This document shows, one piece after another, positions 40,684-53,941 of a stretch of 64,000 bases of DNA (position 1 is its first letter; every line of letters starts with the position of its first letter). The stretch covers positions 128,340,001 to 128,404,000 of the forward strand of contig NC_042999.1 of the NCBI RefSeq assembly GCF_006345805.1, given 5' to 3'. The translations under genes were made by a program, and so were the position numbers. Source of the stretch: Octopus sinensis. Taxonomy: Eukaryota. A model generated the notes under the pieces. It was not told the origin of the DNA. It saw only the letters and a program-made list of their open reading frames with translations, and did not search any database.

Positions 40684-40732
<49 letters not shown>

Positions 40733-42237
40733 GAAACAGACACCCATTTATTGATCAATGAGAACTTTCTATATAAATGATAATGTCCACACTGACTTTA
40801 GGAATTCATACCAAATGAATTAAACACCAACGATGCTTTGCCCAATGCAAAAAGTGAAAGAGCTACTTAGAGATTCTTCTTATTGTAATGAGCTCATTGT
40901 GATGTTAGAAACCCTGTCATATAATCATCAGGTAAACCTGAAGTGATTTGCTCTTTTTCCTGTAGACTTTGCCTCAGCTGAGCAGCAAGGACAGAATTAC
41001 CTTTTGCCTGCAGAGAGTTTCCATCTACAGTCTCTAGTCAATTACAACCGCTCTGTATTAACTTCACTGATAATATGAATAAGGCATAGGTGCTGTTTTA
41101 GATGTAGGCATAGCAGTGTGGTTGAAAAGCTTTCTTTCCAATCATCTGGTCTTGGGTTCACTCCCATGGTGAGGTATCTTGGCCAAGTGTCTTCTACTAT
41201 GGCCCTGGACTGACCAAATCCTTGTGAAAAAATTTGGTAGATAGAAACTGTGTGTGTACCTGTCACGCGCATGCTTGTGTGTATGTGTGACTGTGTGTGC
41301 GTATGTGCACATGAGGACTGAACATGTTGGAGGGGTGGGTAAGGTGATGAGATTGTGAAGGGAAGGTAGCAGATGGATAGATAGAGATTGAAATGGAAGT
41401 GAATACAGTAAATGGTGAACAAGTGTGGAGGCATGCTTGATGGCAAATATTGATTTTGGAGACAGCACAGGTGATGTGAAGTGATGAGGTTGTGTGCATG
41501 AAATGCACCATGCCAGGAACTAGGTCAGAGGTACATAGGGTGACACTTGGAGCCTGAAGCAGCTCTCCAGCTTGCCAGCTCCTGTCAAACTGTCCAACCC
41601 ATGCCAGCATCAAAAGCAGACACTAAACAATGATGACGATGATGATGACAATGATGAAGATGGTGATGATGATGATGAGGATAAGGTATGGCTGTGTGGT
41701 AATGAATTTGTTTCTCACCCACATGATTTTAGGTTCAGTCTTACTGAATGGCACCTTGGGCAAGTGTCTTCTATTATAGCCCTAGGCTGACCAAAGATTT
41801 GTGTCTGGTAATTATTCTATCACTCTTTATTGCCAAATTGCTAAATTATGGAAAAGTAAATAAACCAACACCAGTTGTCAAATGGTGACTGTGGAAACGG
41901 ACTGACAGACACACAAACACAAATACATATACAACAGGCTTCTTTCAGTTTCCATCTACCAAATTCACTTACAGGCATTTGGTTGGACTGTGGCTGAAGT
42001 AAAAGACACTTGTCCAAGATGCCATGTAATGTGATTGAACCTGGAAAGATGTGACTAGGAAGCAACCTTCATATACACAAACACACACTTACACACACTT
42101 ATACACACGCACACACACACACACACATTTACACACACACATACACACAAACACACATTAAAAATTAGTATTTGTATGTGCCCCAAAATGAATATTAAAC
42201 GAATATAGTACTTGACATGCATGTAGCGTCAAATATT

Positions 42238-42291
42238 TATAATAATTTTACTGAATTTCAGTTGCCAAATGATGACTAGGGAAACAAACAT

Positions 42292-42328
<37 letters not shown>

Positions 42329-42530
42329 CACACACACACACACACATACACACACACACACACACATGGCACTAACACTGCCAGGTTTACCAAATAACTT
42401 GCAAGACAAAGCCTGTTGTATATATATTTGTATGTGCGTGTGTCCATGTGCATGTGTGTGCATGTGCATGTGTGTGTGTGTGTTTCCCCAGTTACTATTT
42501 GAGAACTGAAATTCAGTAAAATTATAATTT
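42238..42530. repeat. Inverted repeat (~50-bp unique arms extended by (CA)n/(TG)n)
   Basis: ataattttactgaatttcagttgccaaatgatgactagggaaaca versus tgtttccccagttactatttgagaactgaaattcagtaaaattat. Confidence 0.8.
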
Positions 42531-42632
42531 CGTCAGATTGATATATTCTTCAAATTGTTTCACACAATTTGAGTAATCCACAATCATGTCAAAACTTGAA
42601 AGTGACTGTCAATTAAATTATAATGCAGCATT

Positions 42633-42921
42633 GAAAGCACGTGGATTAGCAGTTAGGGCATTTGGCTCATGATTGTAAGGTCATGAGTTCAATTCCCGGT
42701 GATGCATTGCTTTAGTCCACTCGGTAAAAATGAATTGTACCTGTATTTCAAAGGGCCGGCCTTGTCACACTCTGTGTCACGCTGAATCTCCTTGCAAACT
42801 ACGTTAAGGGTACACGTGTTTGTGAAATGCTCAGTCACTTGCATGTTAAATTTCATGAGCAATCTATTCCGTTGATTGTATCAGCTGGGACCCTTGTCGT
42901 CATAACCGACGGAGTGCTCCT
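42633..42921 (+). mobile_element. SINE family C variant with 12-bp TSD
   Basis: tRNA-like head gcacgtggattagcagttagggc..gagttcaattcccgg. TSD TAATGCAGCATT at 42621-42632 and 42922-42933. Confidence 0.82.
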
Positions 42922-44777
42922 TAATGCAGCATTATAATAGATGGTATTTGCTGTCAGGGGTCATTTAGCTTAATGGTACAGACTCAACTGGAATTTGAGA
43001 AGTTCAAGGTCCAGTGCTCTGTAGCAGCTTGCTGGCCACTTTTTTCCCCTCTTCTAAGGGAATTTTCCCAATATTCTAAGCTGTTTTCCCAGTTATTCCA
43101 TGTTCAAGAGTTACTTTATTGTATGTATGTCTCCACTATACATAAATCATCATCATTGTTTAACCTCTGCTGTTCATGTTAGCATGGATTGAATGGATTG
43201 ACAGGAGCTGGCCAGACAGAAGACTGCACCAGACTTCTGTGTCTGTTTTGGCATGGTTTTTATGGCTGGATGGCCTTCCTAACACCAACCACCCAACAGA
43301 GTGGGCAGGGTGCTTTTTACATAGCACAAGCAAAGGCAAAATCAGTTTTGGCATAGTCTTTACAGCTGAATACCCTTCCAAACCGTGATCACTTTACAGT
43401 GTAGATTGCATGCTTTTTACATGGCACCAACACTAGCAGGGTCACCAAATAACTTGCAAGACAAAGATCCTTTGAGAGGAGAGGGGTCATTGGAGGAAGG
43501 GATCTTGTGTCAGATGGTGAAAGATTCGAAAGTGGCAGAGAGACAGAGAGGCAGAAACAGGTGGGAGACGCAGAAATAACAAGAGTGCTAGTGAGAGCAG
43601 GAGAGCAATGGTGGTGAAGTGCAGGAGCATATTCACAAGGAATGGGGATCAGAAGATAAATGATAGAGTAGAAGAAGAGAGAGGTAGATGGTGGTAAGTG
43701 TCATGGATAAATTATTATGGGCCTCTAGATGTAACTATACAAGGGTTTGTCTGCTGGATTACTGACCCAAAATGTGACAGTTTGATACTGCCCAGAAACA
43801 TTTTGCTTCGTATGAAGGCAAAGCATTACTTGAGAGAAGAACCTAAGGCTCTGCCTTCTTATAAGCACTATGCTCTGGACCCATACAAAACTTAAGCTCA
43901 CTGTCTCTTCTAAATACAAGAGAATAAATCAGGTATAAACACACAGGGTTCAATACAGATGTGATGAGATAAATAAGGATCCTGCTTTTGCACAAGATAT
44001 ATTCAACAGTTTTGATGCATATTGAAGTAAAATATACCCCAAAAACTTTGTTCTTAAAATATGTGTATATAAATTTTTCTATGAGGGTTGTTTAAGTCCT
44101 ACTACTTAGCTTCTGTTTCATGATGCAAAGTGAATGAAAATTCTTCTTCTGGGCAGAGTGTCCTCTGAACCAATGTTAGATGGAATCTGAAACCCCAAAA
44201 TTACCACGAAGCATCTATAGGGAATTTAAAACATTTGACCAACACAGCAGAATTGAGATCCTAAAACCAAGATGTCACATAAAAAGTATTGGTGTGGGTA
44301 CTAGCACCACATAAAAAGCACTGGCAGAGGTGCCATGTAAAAAGCACTGAGTACACTTTGTAAAGTGGTTGGTGTTAGGAAGGGCATTCAGTCACAGAAA
44401 CCAAATCAAAACAAACTATGGAACATGGTGTGGCCCCTGGCTTTGCCAGTTCCTGTGAAGCAATCCAACCCACACCAGCATGGAAAACGGATATTGAATG
44501 TTGATGATGAAGAGGATGATGACCATTCAATCATTTCACCTTGATGTCCTTGCATGACAAGTTCAATGTGAGAAAGTTTTTTGCCCTTCAGCCCACGTAA
44601 ACTTAATTCATTCCTCAGTTTATCTTCACTATCACCACCACCACCACCACCACTGGGGCCTCACAGAGTCCTCTCTATAATAAATATTCATCTCTTGTCT
44701 GAGCATAACATTTTGATATACATACATACATACATACGTACGTACGTACATACATACGTACGTACATACATACATAC

Positions 44778-44808
<31 letters not shown>

Positions 44809-44813
44809 AATAC

Positions 44814-44857
<44 letters not shown>

Positions 44858-44868
44858 GTATATATATA

Positions 44869-44911
<43 letters not shown>

Positions 44912-44926
44912 TAATGTGTGTGTGTG

Positions 44927-44958
<32 letters not shown>

Positions 44959-45762
44959 TGGATGTATGCATGTATGTATACAAGCAGAAACAAAATGAAG
45001 ATACAGCTTCAATGGCAAGGCCAACTAAGATGGCTACAGACTTTGGTCTGAGATTGGATACCTGTGTAGCTTATCACTATTTCAATAACATGACTTGAAA
45101 TATAAGAAGCATTGTAAGATGCATTCCTGCTTCTTACTGTGGCAAAATGTACTTATTTATAGTACATGTTTACAGTTGAATGGATGGAGCAAGTGAGAAT
45201 TAAGTGATTGGCCATGGCCAATGACAAGTTTTACAGAGGAAACAAAACAGGAGGAAAAAAAAGGCTATTTTGCTTTTGTAAATAAGGGTTTATAATTAAG
45301 AAGAGTAATCTTTTGAAAAAATAAATCACATGACTTTTAGCAATTTTTGCAAATGCATGGATTATATATTGTATATAAATATATAACGATATATATTATA
45401 TTGAACTATATAACTATATTTGTTAAATATAAATATGTAACTACAAATGCTATATATACCAACACGAGTTATATGAATATAATTCATGTGAGTATAGAAT
45501 TTTGAAGAAAAGGATGATATAAAAATTGAAAAATTACAAGTAGTCTTAGTAGCATGAGGGTTATTCCACCCCCTCTTTTTTATCGTTTTTGTGTGGGAGT
45601 ATAATTTCTCTCTTTATGTATGGCATCAGATAAACGTTTGCATGTTAATCTATAAATATTCATCAATATTCATCACGCATAAATAATTGTGCATCTATAT
45701 ATCTATCTATTTGATATATATGTGTGTGTTTGTGTGTATATGTATGTATATATATGTGTGTG

Positions 45763-45798
<36 letters not shown>

Positions 45799-45827
45799 TG
45801 GATAGATAGATAGATAACTAGCTACAT

Positions 45828-45882
<55 letters not shown>

Positions 45883-46427
45883 AGATAGATAGATAGATAG
45901 ATGCACATTTATTTATGCATTTAAGACAGATGTAGATATATACATATATGCTTGTGTGTCTGATAATGTACAGGCATCTGTGTTTGCCTACATAACGTCT
46001 GTACACATGAATGACACTTGAGCAAGCAGAAATGACCTTCAACTATCTCTTATACAAAGTGACCAGGCTGCTAGTGTATCCAATAAGAATGTGTTCCTAC
46101 AGGTACATCTATATAAATATATCTTCATTACCATGTGATGTAGAAATCTCTGGATAACACTGAAATCCTACCACACACAGGAAAAATATTCTTCTAATAA
46201 TTCCATTTTACAAATTTTAGTTATAAATGAAATCTTTATTGGATGTCTCAGTATTATGATTTCAGAAAGAATAAAGCATATATAATTAGTCTTTAAACAT
46301 GTTATTTATTCTCTGAAATTCTCTTGTCTCCTAAAGACACCCACTCATATATATAAATTTACACCTACACAGACACTTATATATTTATATATATATTATA
46401 TGCATATACATATCGTATATATATATC

Positions 46428-46462
<35 letters not shown>

Positions 46463-46489
46463 CAAACACACTACAGACACATATGTATA

Positions 46490-46551
<62 letters not shown>

Positions 46552-46607
46552 TGTGTATATGTATGTGTGTATGTATATATATATGTATATATGTGTGTAT
46601 GTATGCC

Positions 46608-46638
<31 letters not shown>

Positions 46639-47212
46639 ATAATTAGAAAAATATTGTATACCTATATATGATACAGATAGACTAATAAATAGACAGAGTG
46701 GTAGATAGATAGACAGACAGACAAACAAACAGACAGACAATTAGATAGATAGATAGATAGATAGATGATTTCCAAAAAGTATTATAGTAAGACAGTTGTA
46801 GATGAAATTCTGAATTGTATAACAAATCTATTTTACGAATTATAAAGATTGATTCACTAAAAATATTTTCAGAGCTTAATTCTATTTTTTCTCTGTTTAC
46901 TATAAATAGACTTAAATTGAATATATGTCTGACTGAAAGCGTGTGACTGTATACATAGTAGGTATTAATCATCGATTGTATATGCATGTAGATGTGTGCA
47001 AACATGTGTGAGTGCCTATGTGCATAAATATATACATGTATACATGTATGTATTAAAAAACCATGAGAAGTCTCACAATCCAGTAAATGCAATGTTTCCC
47101 TACACATGCATGTTTAGATATATACCTGAACACACATACATGCAAGTATATACACATGTGTGTGTGTATGTGTGTATGTATATCTCTGTCTACCTATCTA
47201 TTTACCTATCAG

Positions 47213-47278
<66 letters not shown>

Positions 47279-48001
47279 AATCTATCTATTTATCTCTCTG
47301 TGTCTCTGTCTCTCTATGTATATATATATATACATACATACATACAAACATATATATATATATGTATATATATATATGTATATATATATATACATATATA
47401 TATATATGTGTGTGTGTGTATGTATATATATTCACAAATACAAAAGGATATCTAGGCATAAAGATGTGCACACACATGCACATGCGCACACACATATACA
47501 TGCATATACACACATTTATATAAGTATGTATGTGCGTGCATGTATGTATGTATGTATGTATGTATGTATGTATGTATGTATGTATGTATGTATGTATGTA
47601 TGTATGTATGGTCCAGTACACTTACCTTCAGAATATTTTGTAAGTTATCCAAGAATATTTTAACATATAAACAATAATTTATATATATTTAATACCCACC
47701 CACAGATTCACCAACATATATACACCTCCTAAAGCACATACACATTTACATACATACAAAAATATATTATAATGATATATCTATTCCATACTGCTGTGCT
47801 ATTTTTAGCCCTTCTTGTAAATTATTTTTTCAATCCGAGTGTATCATTAAATTCTGTTTAAAGTGTAATTCAAAAATGCTAATGTTTGATCATGTGCACA
47901 GAAAGACAGTTATGCAGAAATGTCTACCTGTGTGGATATGTTCATTAGCACAAACGTACATACATACTCACACACATGAATTTATGTATGTATAGCTTAT
48001 A

Positions 48002-48041
<40 letters not shown>

Positions 48042-48173
48042 GTGTGGTGTGTGTATATATATAGATAGATAGAATATGTATATGTATGTGCTTACATATG
48101 TACATATATATATATACATACATATATACAAATATATATATGTATGTATGTATATATATGTATTTATGTGTAT

Positions 48174-48204
<31 letters not shown>

Positions 48205-48236
48205 GTATGTAAGTATGTATTTATATATACACATAC

Positions 48237-48268
<32 letters not shown>

Positions 48269-48371
48269 CTTTATGTATGTATGTATGTATGTATGTATGT
48301 ATGTATGTACGTATATATGTATAATCTGTGTATGTGCATGAGTCGCACCCAAAATTATGTATGTATATATA

Positions 48372-48574
48372 CAAGGGGGTGCTGAAAAGTTCCTGGTTTT
48401 AAGAGTATTGCAAAAGGCCTGGCTTTCCAAGTTCTTTTACAGGGCTTAGAAAGCCTGAAGGACTGCTGTAATAAGTGTGTGAATCTGAGAGGGGAACATG
48501 TTGAATAAAATCATAATTAACTGATCCTCCTGTATTTTCTTTTACCCAAAGCCAGGAACTTTCAGCTCCACCTC

Positions 48575-48575
<1 letters not shown>
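48372..48575 (+). mobile_element. Mariner-derived MITE (~200 bp)
   Basis: TA|caagggggtgctgaaaagttcctggttt ... aaagccaggaactttcagctccacctca. Retains the transposase terminus KCVNLRGEHVE*. Confidence 0.85.
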
Positions 48576-48636
<61 letters not shown>

Positions 48637-49070
48637 AATATATACCAATGTCACTGCAAAAGTTTTGATACAATTGACATTTGAATGAAATAAAAGCTGT
48701 GCATCTCCTTTCTCTCACATTCCTTTTAATTTTATTATGTAGAATTTATGGCATGTATGTGTTCACATTTACATACACTATTAGATGCATCACACACTGA
48801 CATGCATTTATATATGCTTACATAAGCATAGACAGGTGAATATATGAATTTGTATATCCTTATATAAAGTACATAGGTGTATATATGAAGAATTTGTATA
48901 TGCTTATATAAGCATTGATAGGTGTATATTTGAAATAGATATTGACTATCATGTAGACAAATTCTCTTTAAAATGTAACCTAAGAAATAAGAAATATATA
49001 TATTATATATCTATATATATATATATTATATACACATGCACACACCACACACACACACACAGACAGACAG

Positions 49071-49112
<42 letters not shown>

Positions 49113-49260
49113 ATCTATGTTTCAAGAGATATATTTTTTGTTATATTCATATATGTATTTACATACGTAAATTTATATGCATCGTGAGATTTCTCCATAT
49201 ATGTATATATGCATGTATATAAAAAATTATGTATCTGTTTGTATATGGTATGTATATATA

Positions 49261-49312
<52 letters not shown>

Positions 49313-49328
49313 CATACATAGATATATG

Positions 49329-49406
<78 letters not shown>

Positions 49407-50888
49407 GTGTGTGTGTGGTGTGTGTGTGTGATATATACACACACACACGCACATATTTGTGTGGTTGATTTGCAGTGTAAAATTATAAAACAAAAGATGA
49501 ATTAGATGACATACTTGACTGATTTGCCGCCTTGCTCTCCAAAACTCTTCACTGGCTTTCTTTTCCACCTCTTACAGACCACACTTTCTTGTCTCTCTTT
49601 CTTGAGAAAATTCCTCCTATTTTCAGTAGATCTATACTTCCTGTTATTCTTTCACGTGTACAATCATTTACTCATTCCTCATCAGTCGTTTTAACACTCC
49701 TCTCCTCCACAGATTTCCCTCTCCCACATCTTTGGACTCTCCTTTTTACTCTTGCCAATGCCTTTCTCTGTCATTCTTTCTCTCTCTCTCTCTTTTCATT
49801 TTTCATCTTTCTTATAATCACCCCTCTCTCACTTTTTCTCTCATTCAGAGCTCTCAACTCTTACTTCCTCTTTCTCTCTTTCTTTTTATTTTCACATTTT
49901 CTCTCCTTTACACTCTTTTTTCTTTCTTTCCTTTTTTCTCTCTATCCTTCTTCATCTCTCACACTGTTTTGCACTTAGATTTTTCTCCTTTAAAGTGTTT
50001 CTTCTTTACATTTTTCTTTCTTTAAAATAACAAAAGAAAGATGGTCAGCTTCCTACCTTGCTTAAGATTGCTTTCCTTGTTTATATTTTCCTCTTTGGGG
50101 GTAGTTTTTCACCACAATTTTCTGATGTGTCTCTCCCGGTTCACCTTGATCCTATTGTTCTCAATATCCTCTCTCTTCCTCTTTCTCTCCCAATTATTTG
50201 GTTTGCAGAAGAGAGGAATGCACTATCCACTATTCCAGTATTGGCAGGCGCAGTGATGGTTGCAGCACCAGCAACAGTTGCAGCAACATTGACAACACTA
50301 AGAGCAAGACCAATAATAGTTGCAGCAGCAGCAGCAGCAATAGAGGTAGTAGTAGTAGTAGTGGTGGTGGTATTGTAGCCAGGGACAATGCTGCTGATGG
50401 ACTCATGGATAACACAACATGTAGGCGGATGTGCTACTAATTTTACGGCTATATATACTCTACTTTCGATAATGAATTATATTAGTTTTCAGTATATATA
50501 CATGTACATGTGCATGTATAAACACACACACACACACAGGCATGGACATGTATATACACATATAACTATATACATACATATATATATATGTATGTACATA
50601 TATATGTATATATGTATATATATATGTATATATATATACATGCTGTTTTTACTGAGATCTCCCTTTTTAGTAGAAGAAATAGCTATAACCCTTTGACTGC
50701 TATTTCTAAATTCGGTATGTGGTAAGGCAACTCGTTGCTGTAAACCTTTATTGCTTAGATTACTTAAATTTCCTCAATTTGTTTTTTTTTGAGGCTTTTT
50801 ACATTGCCGAAGACTACTTGGTGTAATTGATAATTTTCCAAATTAATAATTTCACCCTTCATATTATGTATATAATATATCTATATAT

Positions 50889-50933
<45 letters not shown>

Positions 50934-51005
50934 TGTATGTATGTACATATATATATATTAATATACATTTATATATATATATATATATAATATATATATT
51001 GTATC

Positions 51006-51058
<53 letters not shown>

Positions 51059-51138
51059 GACCAAGTGGACGTTAAACGATGATGATGATGATGATGATAA
51101 TAATATATATATATATATATATATATATTATGTATATA

Positions 51139-51186
<48 letters not shown>

Positions 51187-51786
51187 ATATATATATTATA
51201 TACATACATACATAACTACATACATACATACCATAACATACATTTACATACATCATATCAATATGTGCTTGGTGCAGGTAAAAAAAGTGCCCACTACACA
51301 CATGGAGTGGTTGGCATTAGAGAGGACATCCATCTGTAGAAACACTGCCAGATTAAACTGGAGCCTGGTGCAGCCTCCTGGCTTCCCAGGCCCCAGTCGA
51401 ACCGTCCAACCCGTGCTAGCAAGGAAAACGGACGTAAAACGATGATGATGATGATTATGATGATGATATATATCTCATACATGCGAACACATACACTCAG
51501 GCACATGTGTATATATATGGGATATATATATATGTATACATTCATATATATATGTATATATAAATCTATATGTATATATGTATATATATGTTATAATTAT
51601 ATGTATATATGTATATATACATATTATGTGTGTATATTATACATACATATATATAAATATATATGTATATATATGTATATATACATATATATATATTTGT
51701 TTATATACATATATATATTTGTGTGTGTATATATATATGTATGTATATATATATGTATATCTATATGTATATATATATATGTGTAT

Positions 51787-51843
<57 letters not shown>

Positions 51844-51960
51844 ATATATATGAATGTGTGTGTGTATATATATATAGTTCAAATTTACAGAAAACAGATG
51901 AAGACAAGTAAGGGAACAGCATACAGGTGTATTGGTTTGACTCTTGGGAAGAATGGAGAA

Positions 51961-51998
51961 GTCTTTGATGTTTCAAGCCTAAGCTTTTTAACAGAAAG
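51961..51998 (-). ncRNA. Minimal hammerhead-like motif, variant core (same family as 2290-2328)
   Basis: Minus strand: CTTT-CTGTTAA-A-AAGC-ttag-GCTT-GAAA-C-ATC-AAAG-AC. The downstream flank also resembles 2325-2410. Confidence 0.45.
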
Positions 51999-52253
51999 GA
52001 TTGAGAGGGAAAAAAATGGTGTGAGAATGAAAACATGAAAAAAGAGAAAAAATGTGTGTAGAGATTAATGATTCAACATGATGAAATGACCTTATATATA
52101 TTTGTATATATATGACTTACGTATATACCATTATGCCTAAAAAATGGATCTACAAATTCAATATCCCTACATATCTCACATCTGTTTTCTTTCCTCCACC
52201 TCACTCTCTATTTTATCCTATCTAAATTAACTATTAACCATCCTCTCACACCA

Positions 52254-52304
52254 TCTCCGATGAAGGAATATAATTAATAAATATCCTGGAAACAGCTGTA
52301 AGAC
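52254..52304 (+). ncRNA. Hammerhead-like motif (AGCT stem-III family)
   Basis: TCT-CCGATGA-AGGAATAT[loop]ATATCCTG-GAAA-C-AGCT-GTA-AGA. The upstream flank ttaaccatcctctcacac is shared with 55756 and 17588. Confidence 0.65.
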
Positions 52305-52521
52305 CTTCTATCTATAAATGTTCTAATATCTACGCAGCCTTGGTTTTTTACCTCATTACACAAAAAATTCTTATATATACATGCTGACATATGACCAACA
52401 TTGAACCCTTTATTTGCAAAATCACTGAACCTGAAACTTAACTATGGTCTGTCTATAGCACTTATTCAGCATTACCTGACACCTTTGGGTCTCAATGACA
52501 CCATTACCTCTTATAACCTCA

Positions 52522-52557
<36 letters not shown>

Positions 52558-53039
52558 GAGAGAGAGAGAGAGATAGGGGGGAGAGAGAGAAACAGAGAGA
52601 GAGATAAACTTACTTGGAAATGGATGCGTGGCATTCAATCAATTAATAATATAAATAAGATATATATATATATATATACAGGTGCATCCTAGAAATTTTT
52701 CAAAGAGAGGGCACAAGGTCAGAAGGGAATACAATTCCAGGAAAAAGGGGCATAATAACATTATCTAGAAGGGTGCACTTCTTTTCTTGAGGAGGCATGT
52801 GCTCCTCAAGGCCATTTTTGAGGCCGCCTCTGATATATATATATGAGTAAGTGAACAAACAAAAGAAAGGGCACTCGACATATTTATTAGAAGTTACATG
52901 TATTATTCAAAACAGTAGCTATCCTGGACTTCCTGTACTTCTCCATTGATTTTTGCTATTCCACAAGTCCAAGAAAACAGGTACTGTTAAGAACTTGTAA
53001 AATTTGAAGCTGCACAAAATCCAAATCAAACTGTTTGAG

Positions 53040-53090
<51 letters not shown>

Positions 53091-53093
<3 letters not shown>

Positions 53094-53553
53094 TATATGC
53101 AAAAATCTACATATTGAAAACTCTAGAGTGGCTAGTACCTAATTTCAGCATTGAAGTTATACAAATGCCAGAACTGGCTGTCATTGTATTGTACTCCATT
53201 TAAATTCCACTCCATCTAAATTCAGGACCAAGTACTGCAATAGTCTGGGGTTTAAAGGCCCACAGCTCTTCAATGTCCTGCCACAAAAATTAAGAAATCT
53301 GCATAAGGTAGAAGTAGATGTCTTCAAAAAGGAACTTGACATCCTTCTCTCCACTATACCAGATGAACCAACTGCCCAGTATGAGGTGCAGATGAAGGTA
53401 GTGGAATCAAAGTCCGTTATACACCATATGTGGCCAACAGCTGGGACAAAAGCACATACAAGACTGAGGAAATCAGAAAGACCACGGTGGTGCTCCAGCA
53501 TGACTACAGCAGCATTGCTGAAATGAGTAAAAGAGTAAAAGGGCAAAAGAGTA
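53091..53553 (+). mobile_element. CR1/L2-group LINE 3' fragment
   Basis: RYAKIYILKTLEWLVPN..NSLGFKGPQLFNVLPQKLRNLHKVEVDVFKKELDILLSTIPDEP. 3' end ggtggtgctccagcatgactacagc..ctgaaatgagtaaaagagtaaaag. Confidence 0.85.
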
Positions 53554-53697
53554 TATATATTCTTTTACTTGTTTCAGTTATTTCATTGTGGCCATGCTGG
53601 AGCACTACCTTAAAGGGTTATAGTTGAAGAAATTGATCCCAGGACTTATTCTTTGTAAGCCTAGTACTTATTCTATCAGTCTCTTTTGCTGAACTGC

Positions 53698-53821
53698 TAA
53701 GTTATGGGGACACACCAGCATCAGTTGCCAAGCAATGTATGTATATATTTGTGTGTGTGTGTGTGTGTTTTTCCCCCCTGCCATTGCTTGGCAACTGATG
53801 CTGGTGTGTCCCCATAACTTA
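53698..53821. repeat. Perfect 40-bp inverted repeat within a family A SINE
   Basis: taagttatggggacacaccagcatcagttgccaagcaatg (53698-53737) equals the reverse complement of 53782-53821. Confidence 0.92.
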
Positions 53822-53851
53822 CCATTTTATATATATAATATATATATATAA

Positions 53852-53895
<44 letters not shown>

Positions 53896-53941
53896 ATATA
53901 TTATTATATATATATATATTTAATATATATATATATATATT

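Noticed and set aside
40800-41040. Higher-complexity unique stretches that could be host exons (also 43690-43900 and 12700-13250)
   Set aside because: No convincing splice-bounded open frame or recognisable protein similarity. Small exons cannot be excluded without RNA-seq.
52679-52832. caggtgcatcctag...gaggccgcctctg, a possible short DNA-transposon MITE; also a lone mariner-like end at ~58764
   Set aside because: The termini are too degenerate or unpaired to support a call.
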